This document shows, one piece after another, positions 59,159 to 64,000 of a stretch of DNA of 64,000 nt. Both the position numbers and the translations under genes were made by a program. Positions within the stretch are counted from its first letter, which is position 1, and each line of letters starts with the position of its first letter. Below the pieces are notes generated by a model, which was given only the letters and a program-made list of their open reading frames with translations, was not told the origin of the DNA and did not search any database. Origin of the DNA: an uncultured Acidobacteriota bacterium (GTDB lineage Bacteria; Acidobacteriota; Terriglobia; Terriglobales; Acidobacteriaceae); contig CAVQGF010000059.1 of assembly GCA_963711965.1 (NCBI GenBank), positions 1,646 through 65,645 on the forward strand, in the 5' to 3' direction.

Positions 59159-61248
59159 TTGAATTCTCCGGAACAATACGACGTGGTCGTCGTCGGCGCC
59201 GGCCATGCCGGGTGCGAGGCCGCGATGGCTTCCGCGCGCATGGGCCTGCGCACCGCGCTGTTCACGCTGAACGTGGACCTGATCGCGCAGATGTCGTGCA
59301 ATCCCGCCGTCGGCGGCATTGCCAAGGGACACCTGGTCCGCGAAGTCGACGCGCTGGGCGGCATCATGGGCGAAGTCACCGACGCGGTCGGCATACAGTT
59401 CCGCCTGCTCAATACCTCGCGCGGCCCGGCGGTGTGGTCGCCGCGGGCGCAATGCGACAAGCAGCAATACCGCCTGAAGATGCGCGAGGTGCTGGAGTCG
59501 CAGCCGAACCTGTTCATCAAGCAGGCGGAAGTGGCGGACTGATTGTCGGAGTTCGTCGGTTTCGGTTATCAGTTCTCGGCCTGTGACGAGCGCCGACGAC
59601 TGAGAACCGAGCAACCGACAATCGAGAACTGGCGCCAGACGCGCAGGCGCGCAGTCGGCATCAAGCTGCGCGACGGCCGCACTGTCGGCGCGCAGGCCGT
59701 CATCATCACCACCGGAACATTTCTCAACGGACTGATCCACTGCGGCGAGCAGACACTATCCTGCGGGGCGCTAGCGGCGAGCCGCCATCGCAGTTCTGCT
59801 GGGCGAATCGCTCAAAGCTGCTCGGGCTGCGCGGCATGCGCCTGAAGACCGGAACGCCGCCGCGTCTCGATGGACGCACCATCGACTGGTCGAAGTTCGA
59901 ATCGCAGCCCGGCGACGCCGATCCCACGCCGTTCAGCTTCCGCACGAAGAAAGTCGCGCATCACGACAAGCAGGTGCCGTGCTACATCGCTTACACCACG
60001 GCGGAGACGCACCGCATCATCGCGGAGAACGTGCATCGCTCGCCGATGTACTCGCGGGCAGATCCAATCCATCGGGCCGCGCTACTGCCCGTCAGCATCG
60101 AAGACAAGATCGTCAAGTTTCCCGACAAGCTGCAGCACCAGCTCTTCCTCGAGCCCGAGGGGCTGAACACGCACGAGATCTACGTCAACGGCATGTCGCA
60201 CCTCGATGCCCATCGACGTGCAGCTGGCGATGATCAAGTCGATTCCCGGGACTCGAGAACGCGGAGATGCTGCGCCCCGGTTACGCCATCGAGTACGACG
60301 CCATCGATCCGACTGAACTCGAGCGCACGCTCGAGGTGAAGAAGATCGCCGGGCTCTATCTCGCCGGACAGATCAACGGGACATCGGGATATGAAGAGGC
60401 CGCATGCCAGGGGCTGATGGCCGGCATCAACGCCGCACTGAAGGTGAAGGGCGAGCCGCCGCTCATCCTCGATCGCACCGAGGCGTATACCGCCATCCTG
60501 ATCGACGATCTGATCTCCAAGGGAACGAACGAGCCGTATCGCATGTTTACCTCACGCGCCGAGTTCCGTTTGCATCTGCGCATCGACAACGCCGACCGCA
60601 GGCTGACGCCGCACGGGCGACGAGTGGGATTGATCGACGATGCTGCGTGGTCGGACCATCTGGCGAAGCAGGAGCGGATGCGGGAGCTGAGGGACTATTT
60701 GGAGAAGACGCGCGCTTCGGCAGACATGGTGGAGAAGCTGTCGTCGACTTTGCAAGAGGAAAGTACAAATGCGAGATCCCTCGACTCGCAAAGAACGCTC
60801 GCTCGGGATGACCTTCAAGGAAGTGCTTCCATCCGCAGTTGGCAACACATTGGCTCAACTGCTCAAGCGTCCCGAAGTGACGATCGAGCATCTGTTCCCG
60901 ATCCTGCGCGAGTCTGGAAACTGGAAACTGGAAACCGGAAACTTCCTCGAGTACAAATCCGTCGAGACCGAGATCAAGTACGCGGGATACCTGCAGCAAC
61001 AGCAGCGCTCGATCGAGCGGCTGAAGAAGGCCGAGCAGCGCAACATTCCGGAGTGGTTCGACTACAAGAACGTGAGCGGGCTCTCGCGCGAGATGCACGA
61101 AAAGCTCACCCGCGTGCGTCCACGCACCATCGCGCAGGCCTCGCGCATTCCGGGAGTCACGCCGGCCGCGCTGTCATTGATAAACGTTTACATCGAGATC
61201 CAGGCGCGGCGGCACGCGCAAGCGCAAGCAGTCGTGGCTTCCGAGTAG
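59159..61248 (+). CDS. mnmG: tRNA uridine-5-carboxymethylaminomethyl synthesis enzyme MnmG (GidA); multiple frameshifts, one in-frame TGA and three repeat insertions
   Basis: The FAD site is [23 protein letters not shown]. Further blocks are [47 protein letters not shown]-like, [50 protein letters not shown] and the C-terminus [19 protein letters not shown]...[18 protein letters not shown]. Confidence 0.92.
59541..59633. repeat. Imperfect long hairpin built from inverted degenerate heptamer arrays, inserted in mnmG (family B)
   Basis: GATTGTCGG...TTCGTCGGTTTCGGTTATCAGTTCTCGG // CCGACGACTGAGAACCGAGCAACCGACAATC. The outer 9 nt, GATTGTCGG/CCGACAATC, are perfectly complementary. Confidence 0.6.
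60767..60813 (-). repeat. Family A element inside the mnmG coding region
   Basis: AAATGCGAGATCCCTCGACTCGCAAAGAACGCTCGCTCGGGATGACC. Confidence 0.7.
60914..60946. repeat. Heptamer array CTGGAAA x3 plus CCGGAAA inside mnmG (family B)
   Basis: CTGGAAACTGGAAACTGGAAACCGGAAACTTCC, translated in frame as [11 protein letters not shown]. Confidence 0.7.
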
Positions 61249-61270
61249 TGGCCTGTTGGCCACTTGTGCT
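61247..61270 (+). terminator. Weak stem-loop after mnmG
   Basis: AGTGGCC-TGTT-GGCCACT overlaps the stop codon and is followed by TGTGCT. There is no clear U-tract. Confidence 0.3.
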
Positions 61271-61317
61271 ACGCTTAGCCGCCTTCCCCACAATTGAAGA
61301 GTTTCCAGGAGCTTCCG

Positions 61318-62733
61318 ATGCGCCGGATCAGCCTCGCACTATTCGTCTGCATGTTCTGCACCTTCGCGTGGGGACAAGCGAAAACCAAAAAGCCCCTGCC
61401 CAATAAGCCACCTGCGGCGTCGCAGCCGGCGGTGAATAAGCAGGCGGTCGCAATCTTGCAGCAGGCCGCGTCGTTGATCGCCCAACTTCCCGCACCAGAA
61501 AAAGATCATGAATATAGCCGGATGCAGCTCCTGAACGATCTGGGCCAGGAGCAATGGCGCGCAGGCGATGTCGTAGGCGCACGCAAATCCTTTGACGAGG
61601 CACTGAGCCGGGCCAAACTACTGGAGCTGACCTACGCACCTGAAGCCAAGCAAGGCGGCTCGGAGGTTGTGCAGTCGGTGGCGATAGCGCGCGCTGAAGT
61701 GGGAGATGCGGCTGGCGTTCAAACCCTATTACCGCTCTTTAGCGATGTGACCATCGATGATGAAGACAAGCCGCGCCGGTCTGAAGTCTTAGAGAAGTTG
61801 GCGGAAGCCCAAGCGAGTGCAGGCGACGTGAAAGCAGCGACCGCGACCGCCGCCAAGATCGAGAATGAATGGAAGCGAAGCTATGCGCTAATGGAGATCA
61901 TGCAAGCCCACGTCAGGCGTGGCGATATGCCCAGCGCGCAGGCCATCTTCGACAAGCTCGCACCCGCCAACAAAGATTTCGGAACCTACCTCTTCGTCAA
62001 TGCACTGGTGGATGCGGGCAAGATCCCCGAGGCTGTGAACCTGGCATCCTCGTTACCGGTCCCCAAGAAAATGGAAGAAAGTGACTGGTTTGCGCCGTTC
62101 GACGCCAGGGGCGCCGCACAAGGAACTATTGCTACCGCGCAAGCGGATTCCGGCGACATTGCGGGTGCGCTGCTTACCATTGCGACCATGCCCGACGACG
62201 ACAGCAAGTTCCAGGCGCTGAGCGCCTTGCTGAAGGCGCAGAAGAAAGCCGGCGATACAGCCGGCGCCGAGCGCTCCTATCGCCAAGCCTTGGCTTCGCG
62301 TAGCAAATATGACAGTGAGAAACACGGGCTCGATACCTCACACTATGCGCAAGCTGGCAGCACCATGGCGTTGCTGCAGGGTCGTGCCGGAAAATGGGCA
62401 GAGGCGCGCAAGACTGCGCAGGACGGCGTAAGTGCGAAGGATTCTATCTTCGGGGCGTTTTCGTTGGATGGATTGATCCAAGCCTATGTGGAGGCCAAGG
62501 ATTACACTGGCGCGCTCCAAGCGGCCACTATGGCGCGAAAACAGGATCGAAGCAGAATGTTATATATGATCGCGCGTCCTCAAACCGCCGATCTGGGAGA
62601 AGCGGCTGCGCTGGCTTGGGTAAGCGATGAGGCCACACCGGAGCTGAAGGCGACTGCATTGATGGCAGTCGCGCAAGGGGTGATGCTCAAATCAAAGGCA
62701 AAACCCGCCGAAGGCAGTCCAAAAGCACATTAG
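61318..62733 (+). CDS. Secreted alpha-helical repeat protein of unknown function
   Basis: The signal peptide is [21 protein letters not shown]. About nine helical units carry a recurring a-G-D-x-x-g-A signature ([72 protein letters not shown]). The ORF is intact. Confidence 0.65.
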   Translation: MRRISLALFVCMFCTFAWGQAKTKKPLPNKPPAASQPAVNKQAVAILQQAASLIAQLPAPEKDHEYSRMQLLNDLGQEQWRAGDVVGARKSFDEALSRAKLLELTYAPEAKQGGSEVVQSVAIARAEVGDAAGVQTLLPLFSDVTIDDEDKPRRSEVLEKLAEAQASAGDVKAATATAAKIENEWKRSYALMEIMQAHVRRGDMPSAQAIFDKLAPANKDFGTYLFVNALVDAGKIPEAVNLASSLPVPKKMEESDWFAPFDARGAAQGTIATAQADSGDIAGALLTIATMPDDDSKFQALSALLKAQKKAGDTAGAERSYRQALASRSKYDSEKHGLDTSHYAQAGSTMALLQGRAGKWAEARKTAQDGVSAKDSIFGAFSLDGLIQAYVEAKDYTGALQAATMARKQDRSRMLYMIARPQTADLGEAAALAWVSDEATPELKATALMAVAQGVMLKSKAKPAEGSPKAH

Positions 62734-62754
62734 CCCCCGCTATACTCACGCAGC

Positions 62755-64000
62755 ATGTTGAAGAGCGCCGCTCCGCGATCGGCCGCCCCCACTCGCTCCA
62801 GCGTTCATCCACGCCAGATGCTTTTCCTGCTACTGGCTTGCGGCGGGCTGCTCTATGCGCGCTCGTTGTGGTCAAACTTCGTTTACGACGACATCATTCA
62901 GATCGTAAAGAACCCGCGCATCGCAGCGTGGAGTTACCTTCCTTCGTATTTCACCGAGCAGCTTTGGGCGGGGATACAGAGCGCGAGCTATTACCGTCCG
63001 CTGCTGCTAGTGTGGCTGCGGTTGAACCATTTTCTTTTCGGATTGAACCCGGTGGGCTGGCATGCGACTTCGGTCCTGCTGCACCTGGGTGCAACGGCGT
63101 TGGCTTATTTGCTCGTCCGCCAACTCCTTCGCGGCTCTGAGACGGGGCATGCCCCGTCTCTAGGTGGAGACTCTCAAGCCGCGCTGGTCGCTGCGGCGAT
63201 CTTCCTTCTGCATCCGTTGCAGGTGGAGTCGGTGGCATGGCCTTCGGCGGCGAACGAATCGCTGGCCGCCATCTTCATCTTCGCGTGTTATCTGTTTTTT
63301 CTCAGGAGCAACGACAGCAGATCCGCCAACCGTGACCTTCTGCTCAGCTGGCTGATGTTCGCTCTTGCCCTGCTGACCAAAGAGACCGCGATCATTGCGC
63401 CTTTGATGATCGTTGTCTTGGCGTGGGGCTATCTGCCTAGAGATGAGAGGGCGCCCCGCTGGATCGCGGCGCTCGCCGCGGAAGCACCGTACGCGATCAT
63501 CGCAGGAACCTATTTGGTCGTACGCAAATTGGTGCTCGCGCACGTCTCGCCGACCGAGCTTAGAACGGATATCCCGACGGCGCTTACAACGATGCCTTCC
63601 GTGGCGTGGCTGTATCTTCAGCACGTGTTCGCACCGTGGCCGCTGGCCGTGGTCTACGACACTCCTTACGTCGCCTCGCTCTCAAGCCCGCGCTTCTGGC
63701 TGCCGCTGCTGCTGTTGACCGCGCTGCTTGCTGCCGCAGTGTGGGTGTGGAGAAAGACGCGCGCTACCGCAGTGGCGATCGGGCTGCTTTGGATACCGGT
63801 GCATCTTGCGGTTCCGCTGCTCACGCTGCCGCTATTCCGCAATGTCGACCTCAGCCATGACCGTTATCTTTACGTCCCACTCTTCGGATTCGCGCTTTTG
63901 GCGGGATACGCATGGCGAAAGATTCCGAAGCCCGGACTTCGCAATGCACTGCTCGCGGCGCTGGTGATTTCTTACGCCGCGCTCACATTTCATCAACAAA
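62755..64000 (+). CDS. GT-C-like polytopic membrane protein (bacterial TMTC/PMT_2-like, usually followed by TPR repeats); truncated by the window end
   Basis: The open frame from ATG 62755 to the window end is not in the ORF track because it has no stop. The motif LWSNFVYDDIIQIVKNPRI is typical of this family, followed by at least 9 hydrophobic helices (LLLVWLRLNHFLFGL, WHATSVLLHLGATALAYLL, LLSWLMFALALLTKETA). Confidence 0.65.
   Translation, partial: MLKSAAPRSAAPTRSSVHPRQMLFLLLACGGLLYARSLWSNFVYDDIIQIVKNPRIAAWSYLPSYFTEQLWAGIQSASYYRPLLLVWLRLNHFLFGLNPVGWHATSVLLHLGATALAYLLVRQLLRGSETGHAPSLGGDSQAALVAAAIFLLHPLQVESVAWPSAANESLAAIFIFACYLFFLRSNDSRSANRDLLLSWLMFALALLTKETAIIAPLMIVVLAWGYLPRDERAPRWIAALAAEAPYAIIAGTYLVVRKLVLAHVSPTELRTDIPTALTTMPSVAWLYLQHVFAPWPLAVVYDTPYVASLSSPRFWLPLLLLTALLAAAVWVWRKTRATAVAIGLLWIPVHLAVPLLTLPLFRNVDLSHDRYLYVPLFGFALLAGYAWRKIPKPGLRNALLAALVISYAALTFHQQ
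63139..63160. repeat. Perfect 22-nt palindrome inside the GT-C-like coding sequence
   Basis: GAGACGGGGCA|TGCCCCGTCTC, translated as ETGHAPSL in a predicted loop between helices. Confidence 0.6.

Noticed and set aside
59540-59542. The in-frame TGA in mnmG as selenocysteine, Trp recoding or programmed read-through.
   Set aside because: There is no SECIS-like context that I can argue for, and TGA is used as an ordinary stop by many genes here. The assembly is indel-rich, and the local sequence GCGGACTGATTGTC is one base short of the expected A-D-L-I-V.

Overview
This is a 64-kb, roughly 60% GC bacterial chromosomal segment with about 70 protein-coding genes. I could not recognise any rRNA, tRNA, CRISPR array, IS element or prophage by eye. 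Most genes are housekeeping: rpsA, pyruvate kinase, gltX, rnhA, rsmD and mnmG; an acyl-CoA carboxylase split over two loci (carboxyltransferase at 16.8-18.4 kb, biotin carboxylase plus BCCP at 29.2-31.3 kb); an lptD / DsbA-like / SurA-like envelope module; a tonB-exbB-exbD-exbD-TPR cluster; tgt-yajC-secD-secF; and a class-V aminotransferase plus serA pair. There are also many secreted CarboxypepD_reg-like, BNR, M28, MORN and TPR proteins. The gene repertoire and repeat content suggest an Acidobacteriota-like soil bacterium, but that is inference only. Two properties stand out. (1) At least 27 genes, including essential ones, are interrupted by 1-nt indels while every fragment still reads as a well-conserved protein. 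This points to assembly or sequencing error rather than gene decay, so all frame-dependent statements below carry that caveat. (2) The DNA is full of small structured repeats: REP-like GT[AG]G-plus-hairpin elements (7 copies), a 45-65-nt element GTCATCCCGAGCGAG...GAGTCGAGGGAYCTGC (6 copies), heptamer and octamer micro-arrays, and composite palindromes. The most unusual configuration is a small GIY-YIG nuclease gene bracketed by inverted copies of the 45-65-nt element, which is a REPtron-like layout with a non-RAYT nuclease. Repeat units also sit inside the coding sequences of tgt and mnmG. Secondary candidates are an orphan LysW-like zinc-ribbon protein with a 16-residue Asp/Glu tail that is translationally coupled to secreted beta-sandwich proteins, opposed terminator-like hairpins in a 390-nt gene-free gap (possible sRNA or attenuator), a DHp-only membrane protein upstream of tgt, and several fusion or unknown proteins.
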